From NCBI GenBank assembly GCA_963836075.1, contig CAWIIB010000009.1, forward strand, positions 2,016,001 through 2,080,000: a stretch of 64,000 nucleotides of DNA, written 5' to 3'. The DNA comes from an uncultured Acidobacteriota bacterium (lineage in GTDB: Bacteria; Acidobacteriota; JAQAZP01). Shown one piece after another: positions 50,298-58,867 of the stretch; within the stretch, counting starts at the first letter, position 1; every line of letters starts with the position of its first letter. The notes beneath the pieces were generated by a model. It was not told the origin of the DNA, made no database searches, and saw only the letters and a program-made list of their open reading frames with translations. The position numbers were made by a program, and so were the translations under genes.

Positions 50298-51593
50298 TCA
50301 GGGCGTGTTGGCCACCACGACGCAGGTGCTGGTGGCCGTGTCACCCGAGGGCGGGTAGGGACACTGGTTGTAGGGCGCCGGGGTCACGTCCTCGGCAAAG
50401 AGCTGGAAGATGTTGTTGCCGATGACGCTGGCCACGGCGGGGAAGTTCTGGTTCCAGCTGGTGTTGAACGTGGCGCCGGCAGTGAGGTTGGTGTAACCGG
50501 CGCGCCAGCTGGGGTAGAAGGCCCCGTTGGCCAGGGTGACGTCGATGCGCGCGGCCACCCGGCGGGTCTGCATCGGGTAGAAATTGGTCAGGCTCACTGC
50601 CATGTTGGAGACAAAGGGTACCGTGCCCACGCTGGGGCTGCAGATGTAGGACGCCCCGATGGTGGGGGGATGAATCGGTGGTCCGGTGGGCGGTACTTCG
50701 GCGTCCATGGCGTCCAGCTCTTCATGGTCCAGCAGGCCCAGCTGCGGTGCCGGCCAGGTCATGAAGTTGGTGCCGGAGAGCGGCGACCAGTAGATGTCGG
50801 CGCCGTTGAGCGGGAACTTCATGTTCACCGCCGACCCGGGCAGGCCCGTGGCTCCCTGGGTGACGGAAAAATAGACATCGGTGATCTGGCCCGGGCTGCC
50901 CACCACGGTGAGGGCGTCCAGGTTGTCCTGGCCGCTGAGGCCGATCTGCCAGGCCGGGACCACCACCACCGGGACCATGCCGATGCGTGGGATCACGCCG
51001 AGGATGTCGTCCGGCGTGGCCCCGATGAGGGCCAGGGTGGGCGAACCGGGGGTGAGCGAGAAGTAGACCCACTCCACCATCGGCTCCGGTTCCCGGTCGT
51101 CCAGGGCGTCCAGGTCGTCCTGGCAGGCGAGACCCAGGTTCCAGTCCCAGAGACAGAGGAAATTCCAGCCGATATTGGCGTCGCACCAGAAGATGTCGGC
51201 GGTGTTGAACTGCCACTCGCGGTTCACCGCGGTCATCGGCATGCCCATGGTGCCGGTGTCCACCGAGAAACGCCAGAAGGGGTAATTGGGATGGACGTCC
51301 GCACCGTGCATCAGGCTGTAGGCATCGATGTTGTCGGTGGGCATCAGGCCGAGGTCGATGATGTTGTCGAAGAAGAGGAAGTTGTTCCCCGGCTGCCAGC
51401 CCGACAAACACATCGGGATGTCGGACATGAAGATGTCGCCCTCGTCCGGGGCGGCGTTCACCGCGGTGCCCGGCAGTCCAGTCCCCGGCAGGTCATGGGA
51501 GAAGAAGGGGATATTCATCTGGGCGGCGGCCGGCAGGCCCACTCCAAGGCCGACGATCAGGACCAGGGTTTGCAGCATCGTTCTGATTCGCAT
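50298..51593 (-). CDS. Secreted repeat protein (FSV..G..G.P.TAVN...DI / LGL...D.LDA repeats) with the same C-terminal domain as the C25 protease
   Basis: Signal peptide; about 4 internal repeats; AGGAGG RBS; CTD ending EDVTPAPYNQCPYPPSGDTATSTC. Confidence 0.75.
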   Translation of the reverse strand: MRIRTMLQTLVLIVGLGVGLPAAAQMNIPFFSHDLPGTGLPGTAVNAAPDEGDIFMSDIPMCLSGWQPGNNFLFFDNIIDLGLMPTDNIDAYSLMHGADVHPNYPFWRFSVDTGTMGMPMTAVNREWQFNTADIFWCDANIGWNFLCLWDWNLGLACQDDLDALDDREPEPMVEWVYFSLTPGSPTLALIGATPDDILGVIPRIGMVPVVVVPAWQIGLSGQDNLDALTVVGSPGQITDVYFSVTQGATGLPGSAVNMKFPLNGADIYWSPLSGTNFMTWPAPQLGLLDHEELDAMDAEVPPTGPPIHPPTIGASYICSPSVGTVPFVSNMAVSLTNFYPMQTRRVAARIDVTLANGAFYPSWRAGYTNLTAGATFNTSWNQNFPAVASVIGNNIFQLFAEDVTPAPYNQCPYPPSGDTATSTCVVVANTP

Positions 51594-51712
51594 CTCATTC
51601 CTCCTTGGCGAAACGGATAATTCATCACCTCAACCATCCCTTGCACCTGAGTAGTGGCCCGCATCCGCCAGAATCTCACAAAAAGAGTGATATTATTTTT
51701 CAGGAGGGTCCG

Positions 51713-52492
51713 ATGGTCTGCAGCCACCCCCACCAGGCCGAGTTTCGCTTTTACGCCGAGTTGAATGATTTCCTCGGCCGGCGTCCGGGCACCGGACAGG
51801 TGGCCTACCGCTTTTCCGGTCACCCTTCGGTGAAGGACGCGGTGGAGGCTCTGGGAGTCCCGCACACCGAGGTGGACCTGTTGCTGGTCAACGGGGTCTC
51901 GGTGGGATTCAGCCATCCGCTGGCCCACGGGGACCGTGTGGCCGTCTACCCGGTGTTCGAGGGTTTGGACATCTCGCCGCTGAACCGCCTGCGGCCCCGG
52001 CCGCTGCGGCGGACCCGCTTCATCCTCGATGTCCACCTGGGCAAACTGGCCCGGATCCTGCGGATGCTGGGATTCGACACGCACTACGAGAACGACGCGG
52101 GCGACCAGCGTATCCGCCGGCTGGCCGCGGCGGAGGAGCGGATCATCCTCACTCGTGACCGCGGCCTGCTCAAGCACCGTTCGGTGACCCACGGTTACTG
52201 TGTCCGGTCACCGGACCCGCGGGAGCAGGCGGCGGAAGTGCTGCGCCGCTTCGATCTCGGCTCCAGTATCCGGCCGTTCAGCCGTTGTCCCTCCTGCAAC
52301 GGGGAGGTGGCTCCGGTGGAAAAAGAAGCGGTGGCCCACCTGCTCCCCGAACGCGCCAGACGGTTCTTTCACAGCTTCACCCGCTGCGCATCCTGCAATA
52401 AGATCTACTGGGAAGGGTCCCATCACCGGGCGCTGGCCCGGATGGTGGCCGGGCTGACCACCGGTGCTTCGGGCCCGGCGGCGAAACCGTAG
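51713..52492 (+). CDS. Mut7-C RNase (PIN-like) protein with N-terminal ubiquitin-like domain and Zn ribbon
   Basis: FRFYAELNDFL, GVPHTEVDL, RFILDVHLGKLARILRMLGFD, ILTRDRGL, RCPSCNG, CASCNKIYWEGSH. Confidence 0.9.
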   Translation: MVCSHPHQAEFRFYAELNDFLGRRPGTGQVAYRFSGHPSVKDAVEALGVPHTEVDLLLVNGVSVGFSHPLAHGDRVAVYPVFEGLDISPLNRLRPRPLRRTRFILDVHLGKLARILRMLGFDTHYENDAGDQRIRRLAAAEERIILTRDRGLLKHRSVTHGYCVRSPDPREQAAEVLRRFDLGSSIRPFSRCPSCNGEVAPVEKEAVAHLLPERARRFFHSFTRCASCNKIYWEGSHHRALARMVAGLTTGASGPAAKP

Positions 52493-54243
52493 GTCAGGAA
52501 CTGCCGGTCCTGGTGGAGTAGTTCCCCGCCCAGCCCGGTCTCCAGCAGACGGCGGATCAGCGCTTCGCCCTCCGGCGTGTAGCAGACCCGGGCCAGGGTG
52601 GCGAAGCGGATCCGGTTGCCGTGGAAGGTCGCTCGGACCTGGTGCAGAGGTGGGGGAGTCGACCGCTCCGGGCAATGATCGGCGAGGAAAATCAGGGTGG
52701 GATCGGTGATCGCCCCGGGCACCTGGCTCCCGATCATCCGCGAGTGGTGTCCCCCCACCATCCTCATCCCGTGGAAGGTCTGGTAGTAGAGGGTTTCATA
52801 GCGGCTGGTCCCCAGCCAGAAATCACCGCCCGATGCCCAGTAGGGCAGTTCGATCAGCGCGCCGTCCAGGGCCTCGTCCGCGGCGGCCTCACGAACCGCG
52901 CCCCCGGCCAGGTAGGGCGCGGGCACCGGCGGCGGATCGCAGATGTTCAGCGGCGCTTTCCAGAACTCCAGCCAGGTCACCAGTGCCAGAACCACGCAGA
53001 GCGCCGGTTTCCAGCAGCGGGCCGGCCTGCCGGGTGCGGGGGCCTCTCCGAAGAGCGCCCGGCAGAGAAATGCCGCCAGGATGGCCAGGGCCAGGGCCAG
53101 AGGGATGCAGAAACGGTAGAGGGCCCGGATGGCGCTCAGACCGGGCAGCTGTTGCAGGAGGAGAATCCCGGGATCCGTGCCCAGGGTCAGCCAGGCCAGA
53201 AGCGCCGCCATCAGGCTCCAGTAGCGCACCGCAAAGCCGGGATGCCCGCGGATCAGCAGGACCATCCAGCCGGCAACGATGAGCAGGCCTGGCGCGTAGC
53301 CGAACATCGGCCCGCATCGCGGCAGTGTCCGGTCGAAAATGCCGGCCAGCGGTCCCAGCGGGCCGCCGGCTTTCCAGTGCCGCCACCAGCGGTTGCGGGA
53401 CTGGTTGAAGAGCAGCCGTTGCGGGCCGATGGACAGCTCGCGCATCTGGGCCGGCCCGGGCGTAACCATCGTTCCCTGGCCGCTGCGGGCCATCTCCAGG
53501 GCCATGGGCGCCGAGAGGAGCAGGAAGAGGGCCAGGCCGGCAACGGCTCCCCGGGCCGGCGAACGCCGCACGGTCCCCGGACCTCGGCGCCGCAGCTCGG
53601 CGGACAGGATCATCAGGGCCAGCAGCGCGGTGAAGACGAACTGCTGGAACCCGGTGTAGAAGATCGCGGTGAGGCAGAGGGCCGCGGGCAGTGCCCGGCC
53701 CGGTCCGGGGGCCCGCAGGAAGCGGACCAGCAGCCAGAGGAACAGCGGCATCCACTGGATGCTCCAGAGATTCATCTGGCCGTGAAAGATCGCCGTCCAG
53801 AGCGGGGGGGAGAAGACAAAGATCACGGCGCCCAGCAGGGCTCCGGGCGCAAAGCCGCTCATCGTCCGCAGCAGGAGGAAGGTGAAGTACCCGGCAAGGA
53901 AGGTGGAGAGCAGCAGCAGGAGGTTGTAGACCAGGATCAGGTCGGTGGACGGCCCGGACAGCAGGCCGAACAGGCCGTTGGAGGTGCAGAGGGTGTGGAA
54001 GGCAAGGTTGCACCCTTGGGGGTAGAAGAGGAAATCGGTCCGCAGTGGCGACTGGTGGAGATGGAACAGTGTGTGCCGGACCCACCAGAGGTCCCAGAGG
54101 AAAATGTATTTGTCCCCGCGCCCGCCAACGGTCTTGCTGCCCAGCTGCCAGGTCAGCGGGTGGTAGGCGAGGAGTGTCAGGACGAGCAGCAGTCCGGCGG
54201 GGAGCAGGTGACGCAGGGCCCCGGGCATCCGTTGATTTGCCAC
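52423..54243 (-). CDS. Polytopic membrane protein, GT-C fold glycosyltransferase-like (YfhO-like)
   Basis: D...FLWDLWW, FYPQG..LAFH, YNLLLL, GAVIFVFSP, IRALYRF, IELP, LYYQTFH..MVGG; start uncertain. Confidence 0.65.
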   Translation of the reverse strand: MANQRMPGALRHLLPAGLLLVLTLLAYHPLTWQLGSKTVGGRGDKYIFLWDLWWVRHTLFHLHQSPLRTDFLFYPQGCNLAFHTLCTSNGLFGLLSGPSTDLILVYNLLLLLSTFLAGYFTFLLLRTMSGFAPGALLGAVIFVFSPPLWTAIFHGQMNLWSIQWMPLFLWLLVRFLRAPGPGRALPAALCLTAIFYTGFQQFVFTALLALMILSAELRRRGPGTVRRSPARGAVAGLALFLLLSAPMALEMARSGQGTMVTPGPAQMRELSIGPQRLLFNQSRNRWWRHWKAGGPLGPLAGIFDRTLPRCGPMFGYAPGLLIVAGWMVLLIRGHPGFAVRYWSLMAALLAWLTLGTDPGILLLQQLPGLSAIRALYRFCIPLALALAILAAFLCRALFGEAPAPGRPARCWKPALCVVLALVTWLEFWKAPLNICDPPPVPAPYLAGGAVREAAADEALDGALIELPYWASGGDFWLGTSRYETLYYQTFHGMRMVGGHHSRMIGSQVPGAITDPTLIFLADHCPERSTPPPLHQVRATFHGNRIRFATLARVCYTPEGEALIRRLLETGLGGELLHQDRQFLTYGFAAGPEAPVVSPATIRASAR

Positions 54244-54347
54244 GATCGGCCTCCAGCGGTAGGACGGACAACGGTGGACGTGGCCGTTCCGTATTCCGGG
54301 CGGGGAACGGCCGGTGCAGGGGAGTGGATTGTCCATGAAAAGGCGGA

Positions 54348-55913
54348 TCAGCCGCTGGCGGGCGATTGCTCGGCCAGCAGGGCCAGGGGGAAGGGGTCGG
54401 ACTGGTACCGGGCTTCGAGGTCGGGGAGGAAGCGTGCCAGGTCGGTGACGTGGACCGGAGTGTCCCCCGGCAGTCCGGTGGCGGTCAGCGTACCGGCGAT
54501 ACGGACCAGTTCAGCACGAACCATCCGGGTGAAGGTGTCGGCGCTGAAGCTCTCTTCGGGCACGTCCTTGAACTCGAAGTATTCCCGCACGTTGTGCGGC
54601 GTCTTGAGGATCAGCTCCGGGTCCCGGCGGCTGTTTTCCTCCAGGCGGCCGCGCACCGCGGCTTCGTAGTACATCGGGGAGAGGTCCTCGTGACCCAGTT
54701 CCACCCCCTTCTCGTATGGCTGGTGGGGGAAGAAATCAACCGTGCCGTCCTCGGTGACCGAGATGAAGAAGATGCAGCCCCGGGAGAGGGCCCGGGAGGC
54801 GCGGAAGTCATCCAGCAGGATACGGCCGTATTCCTTGTCCTCGCCGGTGGTGGAAGTGTCGTCTTCGGCGGCCGCGGGCTCATCCGCCACCGGTCCGCCG
54901 GCCAGGTCCCCGTCCTGGTAGACCACCCGGAATTTCTCGCAGCGTGAGGCCCTTCGGGGCGGACTGGGGCGGTGGGCGAGGAATGGCAGGTCCACCGACA
55001 CGGTGGTTCCCTCTCTCAGCTCGCTCTCGATGCCCAGTGTCCCGTTGAAGTCCCGGATCGTCTGCCGGACAAAGACGAACCCCAGGGAGTGCAGTTCGCC
55101 GTCCAGCGAGTCGGGGTCGCTGAGCAGCTGTTCCCGCTTCACGCCGGTCATCCCGCCGCCGTTGTCGCGAACGGTGAGCCGCACCCGTTCCGGCCCGTGA
55201 CGGACCACGCTGATCCGCAGTTCCCCCACCGGCTGCCGGGACATGGCGTCCACCGCGTTCATCACCAGGTTGAACAGCATCCGGCGAAAACGGTGCCGGT
55301 TGCCGGAGACCACCGCCGAATCCACCTGGTCGAAATAGATGTCCACCCGGGAGCTGCTCTTCTCGGTGACGTAGCCCCGGATGACGTTGCGGGTGAAGTC
55401 CTCCACGTCGTGTCCCAGGTCGAACTCCTCGGACGTGCCGTCGAGGCTGCCTTCCTCGAGGAAGTGCTCGATGCGGTAGAAGACCCCGCAGATCCAGCGC
55501 AGGCAGTTGCGGTAGTGGTTCACTGACTTGAAGGAGCGGGAGTCGCGGGGCAGGAAGGACATCACCTTCTCGAAGCGGCCCCAGAGCGGGTTGATGATCA
55601 GCTGGCAGATATCCTGAATGGTGCCGATGTATTCCCGCCCGGCGGAGATGATGGTCTCCGGCGGCGAGAAATGCCGCACCGCGCTGGAATAGACCTGCAG
55701 GGCTCGCCGCTGGGCCTGGGCCTTGGTCTTCAGTTCATGCAGGTCCTCGCCGTGGATCTGGGCCACCTGCTCCACGTCGTAGATCTCCAGGTCGGTGTTC
55801 AACGTGACGTGAAAGTGGATGACGTCATTGATGAATTTTTCCACCCGCAGGTCGTGGATCAGGAACTTCAGCTCCGCCACATCCTTTTTCAGGCCGCTTT
55901 GAAAATCGGCCAT
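54348..55913 (-). CDS. Atypical soluble histidine kinase-like ATPase
   Basis: N box LFNLVMNAVDAM, G1 VRDNGGGM, G3 GTTV; G2 degenerate (HSLG); no TM segment. Confidence 0.7.
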   Translation of the reverse strand: MADFQSGLKKDVAELKFLIHDLRVEKFINDVIHFHVTLNTDLEIYDVEQVAQIHGEDLHELKTKAQAQRRALQVYSSAVRHFSPPETIISAGREYIGTIQDICQLIINPLWGRFEKVMSFLPRDSRSFKSVNHYRNCLRWICGVFYRIEHFLEEGSLDGTSEEFDLGHDVEDFTRNVIRGYVTEKSSSRVDIYFDQVDSAVVSGNRHRFRRMLFNLVMNAVDAMSRQPVGELRISVVRHGPERVRLTVRDNGGGMTGVKREQLLSDPDSLDGELHSLGFVFVRQTIRDFNGTLGIESELREGTTVSVDLPFLAHRPSPPRRASRCEKFRVVYQDGDLAGGPVADEPAAAEDDTSTTGEDKEYGRILLDDFRASRALSRGCIFFISVTEDGTVDFFPHQPYEKGVELGHEDLSPMYYEAAVRGRLEENSRRDPELILKTPHNVREYFEFKDVPEESFSADTFTRMVRAELVRIAGTLTATGLPGDTPVHVTDLARFLPDLEARYQSDPFPLALLAEQSPASG

Positions 55914-56021
55914 CGATCACCTCCGCCAGACTGTTTTGATGGTGCCACTATAGGCCATCCTCCGGGGAGCAGGCAATGCGGCGGGCCCTGTCCCCGGGCC
56001 CGCCGCCGCGGGTCAGCGGTA

Positions 56022-58373
56022 TCAGAACCGGCCGGCGGCCACGCTGCTGCCGTGGGTCACCGTGCTGTCGAAGGCGTCGAGGGTGAAGAGCAGTGCGGGG
56101 GTACCCCCGTCGAACCCGTAGACCCGCACCGGCGTGCCGGCCGCGGGGTCCGGGCCGGCGGCCACCACCAGGTCGGCCAGCCCGTCGCCGTCCAGGTCCT
56201 CGGCCGCATCGACCATGGCGCCGTAGCGCAGTTCCTCGGCGGGCCAGGCGAAGAAGTTGATCCCGGCCATCTCGGTGAGGGCCGTGCCGTCGAAGTTCCA
56301 GCCGCGGACATGGGCCGCGAACTGGGACGACGGCCCGGGGGCGGTGACCAGTTCGGCCATGCCGTCGCCGTCGATGTCGCCGCAGGTCACCCGCACACCG
56401 TAGTGGTTGGTGCCGTAGGCCAGGAAGCTGAGCGCGGACATGGCCTGGACCGTGCCGCTGTCCACCGACCAGCCCCTGACGTGGGGGCCGTAGATGGCGC
56501 CCGGCCCGGCGCCGGTGATGATCTCGTCGCGGCCGTTGCCGTTGAGGTCGCCGGCGGTGACGTTGACGCCCCACTTGGGCGAGCCGTAGGCGAAGTAGTT
56601 CACCCCGGAAACCGGGGTGACCGTGGACACGCCGTCGTAGCTGAAGGCTCTGACGTGCGGGCCGAAAACCGCCCCCGGACCGGCGCCGGTGACGATCTCG
56701 TCGGTGCCGTCACCGTCCAGGTCGGCGGTGGTCACGTTGACGCCGTATTTCAGGGTGCCGTAGGCGATGAAACTGAGGCCGGGCAGGGGAGTGCCGCCGG
56801 CCGTGAAGCCGCGGACGTGGGGCCCGTATATCGCCCCCGGCCCGGCGCCGGTAATGATCTCGTCCAGCTGGTCGCCGGAGACGTTGCCTGCGGCAACGTT
56901 GACCCCGTATCCCGTGGCGCCGTACGCATTCCACTCGGCCAGCGGCGCGGCATCCTGCTCCGGCGGAAAGACGCGCACCAGTGGCGGGTTGTCCGGGCCG
57001 GCTCCGGGACCGGAGAGCAGCCTGGGTTCGCCGCTGTCCAGCGGCACGGCCAGATCGGCAGCGGCGGCCAGGCCGGCCCGAGCCACGTTGGCCGCATAGT
57101 CCATGTCGAGGATGTCCGGCAGGTCGTTGGTGGTGTGGTACACCGGGTTGAAGTCGGCGGTCCAGGGTTCGGCCTCACAGCCGAAGATCGCCGGGAATCC
57201 CCGGGCCCAGAAGGCGGCGTGGTCGCTGGCGCCCATACCCGAGTCGTTGATCACCACCGGTTCCAGGTCATCGGGGAAGTAGTAGAGCGCCGCGTCGCGC
57301 AGCTGTTCGGCCACGACCATGGAATCGGTGTTGGTGTAGATGATCAGGTCGGGGGGCAGCGGGTCAGATCCCGAAAAGGCGATCATGTCGAAGTTGAAGC
57401 AGCCGATCACGTCCATGCCCGATGCTTCCACGTCGGCGGTGTAGGCGTAGCTGCCGTACAGCCCCTGCTCCTCGCCGGCGAAACAGGCAAGGATGATCGT
57501 CCTCTCGAAGGAGTAGCCCGAGAGCACCCGGGCCGCCTCGATCACCGCCGAACTGCCGCTGCCGTTGTCGTCGGCCCCGGGGGCGGCGTTGTAGGGGTCA
57601 TTGGAGGTGCTGTCGTAGTGGGCGGTGATGAACAGCACCTCGTTGGGATAGACCTGGCCGGGGATGGTGGCGATGATGTTCTCCCGGGTCAGGGAGGAGA
57701 TGCTGAACTCATCGCGCTCCACATCCAGGCCGAAGCTGGTCAGCTGGCCATGGATCCAGTCGGCGGCGTCGACGATCTCGTCCGAATAGGTGTAGCGGGT
57801 GCCGAAGTCCACCAGCGACTGCAGCGTGGCCGCATAGGTGGTTTCATTCAGCTGGGCCACCATCTGGTCGATCGCTCCACCAAACTGTGGTGCCGGCAGC
57901 GGGGCCGCCTCCTGCCGGTCCGTGCGCAGCGGGTGGGCGGTTTCCGGAATTCTGGCGATCTCCCATCCCCCCAGGGGCAGGCGCTCCGCTTCCTCCGGGG
58001 CGGCCCGGACCAGCAGTCTGTTGCCGTCGCGGAAGAGGATCTCCACGTCCGCCTCCTCTTCCGGCAGGGCGTCCTTTCGGCCGGGGTGATACGCCCAGTA
58101 CAGGGCCTCCCCGTCATGCCAGGGGCTGCGGTCCAGAACGGTGGCGGACCGCAGGCCGGGATCGGCCAGCTGCGCGGCATCCACCGTGGCGATCACCAGC
58201 CGTTGGGACTGCTGGTGGACCGGGGCGCCGCTGCCGGCCAGCAGGTCCAGCGCCGGCTGGTCGCCGGCCCGCACCAGCACCAGCACCTGCCCGCGGTCAG
58301 CATCGGCCATGGCGCCGGTGGCCAGCAGTGAAAAAGCGAACAGGGCAATGATCCATCGGGTCGGGCTGCGCAT
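56022..58373 (-). CDS. Secreted M28 aminopeptidase with C-terminal FG-GAP-like module
   Basis: TAHYDS, GADDNGSG, AGEEQGLYGS, NFDMI, SDHAAF, YHTTND; GGAG before ATG 58373. Confidence 0.9.
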   Translation of the reverse strand: MRSPTRWIIALFAFSLLATGAMADADRGQVLVLVRAGDQPALDLLAGSGAPVHQQSQRLVIATVDAAQLADPGLRSATVLDRSPWHDGEALYWAYHPGRKDALPEEEADVEILFRDGNRLLVRAAPEEAERLPLGGWEIARIPETAHPLRTDRQEAAPLPAPQFGGAIDQMVAQLNETTYAATLQSLVDFGTRYTYSDEIVDAADWIHGQLTSFGLDVERDEFSISSLTRENIIATIPGQVYPNEVLFITAHYDSTSNDPYNAAPGADDNGSGSSAVIEAARVLSGYSFERTIILACFAGEEQGLYGSYAYTADVEASGMDVIGCFNFDMIAFSGSDPLPPDLIIYTNTDSMVVAEQLRDAALYYFPDDLEPVVINDSGMGASDHAAFWARGFPAIFGCEAEPWTADFNPVYHTTNDLPDILDMDYAANVARAGLAAAADLAVPLDSGEPRLLSGPGAGPDNPPLVRVFPPEQDAAPLAEWNAYGATGYGVNVAAGNVSGDQLDEIITGAGPGAIYGPHVRGFTAGGTPLPGLSFIAYGTLKYGVNVTTADLDGDGTDEIVTGAGPGAVFGPHVRAFSYDGVSTVTPVSGVNYFAYGSPKWGVNVTAGDLNGNGRDEIITGAGPGAIYGPHVRGWSVDSGTVQAMSALSFLAYGTNHYGVRVTCGDIDGDGMAELVTAPGPSSQFAAHVRGWNFDGTALTEMAGINFFAWPAEELRYGAMVDAAEDLDGDGLADLVVAAGPDPAAGTPVRVYGFDGGTPALLFTLDAFDSTVTHGSSVAAGRF

Positions 58374-58611
58374 CGAACAGGTCTCCTCGGTATTGGCATC
58401 GGCCGGGGGCGGCTGGCTTCCGGCAAGCATGCGGGGTGCTGGGGCGGGGTGCATCGTGGGTCCGGTCGGTGAACAGATGAAACGACCCTCCGGCGTTGCC
58501 CCGTCCGGGACAATGCACCACGATCCAGAGGACGCTTCAACCGGGAAATCCCCCTTGATCACCCGCAATCATAGTAGATCAGGCTGACGGGGGACGCAAC
58601 TGCCGGTGGTG

Positions 58612-58728
58612 TCAATGGGAGACCAGGGAGGGGGCCAGCAGCAGAAGAAAAAAGGAGATGGTGAGCAGGACCAGGACGATTTCGCCGGGTGAGGCCAACG
58701 GTGCCCGGTTTTCGGTGATTTTGTTCAT
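58612..58728 (-). CDS. Putative 38-aa single-TM small protein
   Basis: GGAGG RBS; MNKITENRAPLASPGEIVLVLLTISFFLLLLAPSLVSH*; below the ORF-track length cutoff. Confidence 0.5.
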   Translation of the reverse strand: MNKITENRAPLASPGEIVLVLLTISFFLLLLAPSLVSH

Positions 58729-58788
58729 ATCGGTTCCTCCCTCATTGATGTTCGGTATATAAAACGTGCAATGAGGCTGGAAAGTTCC

Positions 58789-58818
58789 TTGACACTCCTC
58801 GCCGGGCTGACGGATAAT
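58789..58818 (+). promoter_or_regulatory. Sigma70-type promoter
   Basis: TTGACA-18-GATAAT, about 50 nt before ATG 58868. Confidence 0.6.
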
Positions 58819-58867
58819 CCGCGCACCCCAGTCAATACCATGGTTTTACCAGGAGGCACGGTTCCAA

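Noticed and set aside
638-58331. Many long antisense or alternate-frame ORFs (e.g. 638-2674+, 17412-20111+, 43675-45036-, 55671-58331+)
   Set aside because: Shadows of real genes caused by GC-rich codon bias; no family motifs
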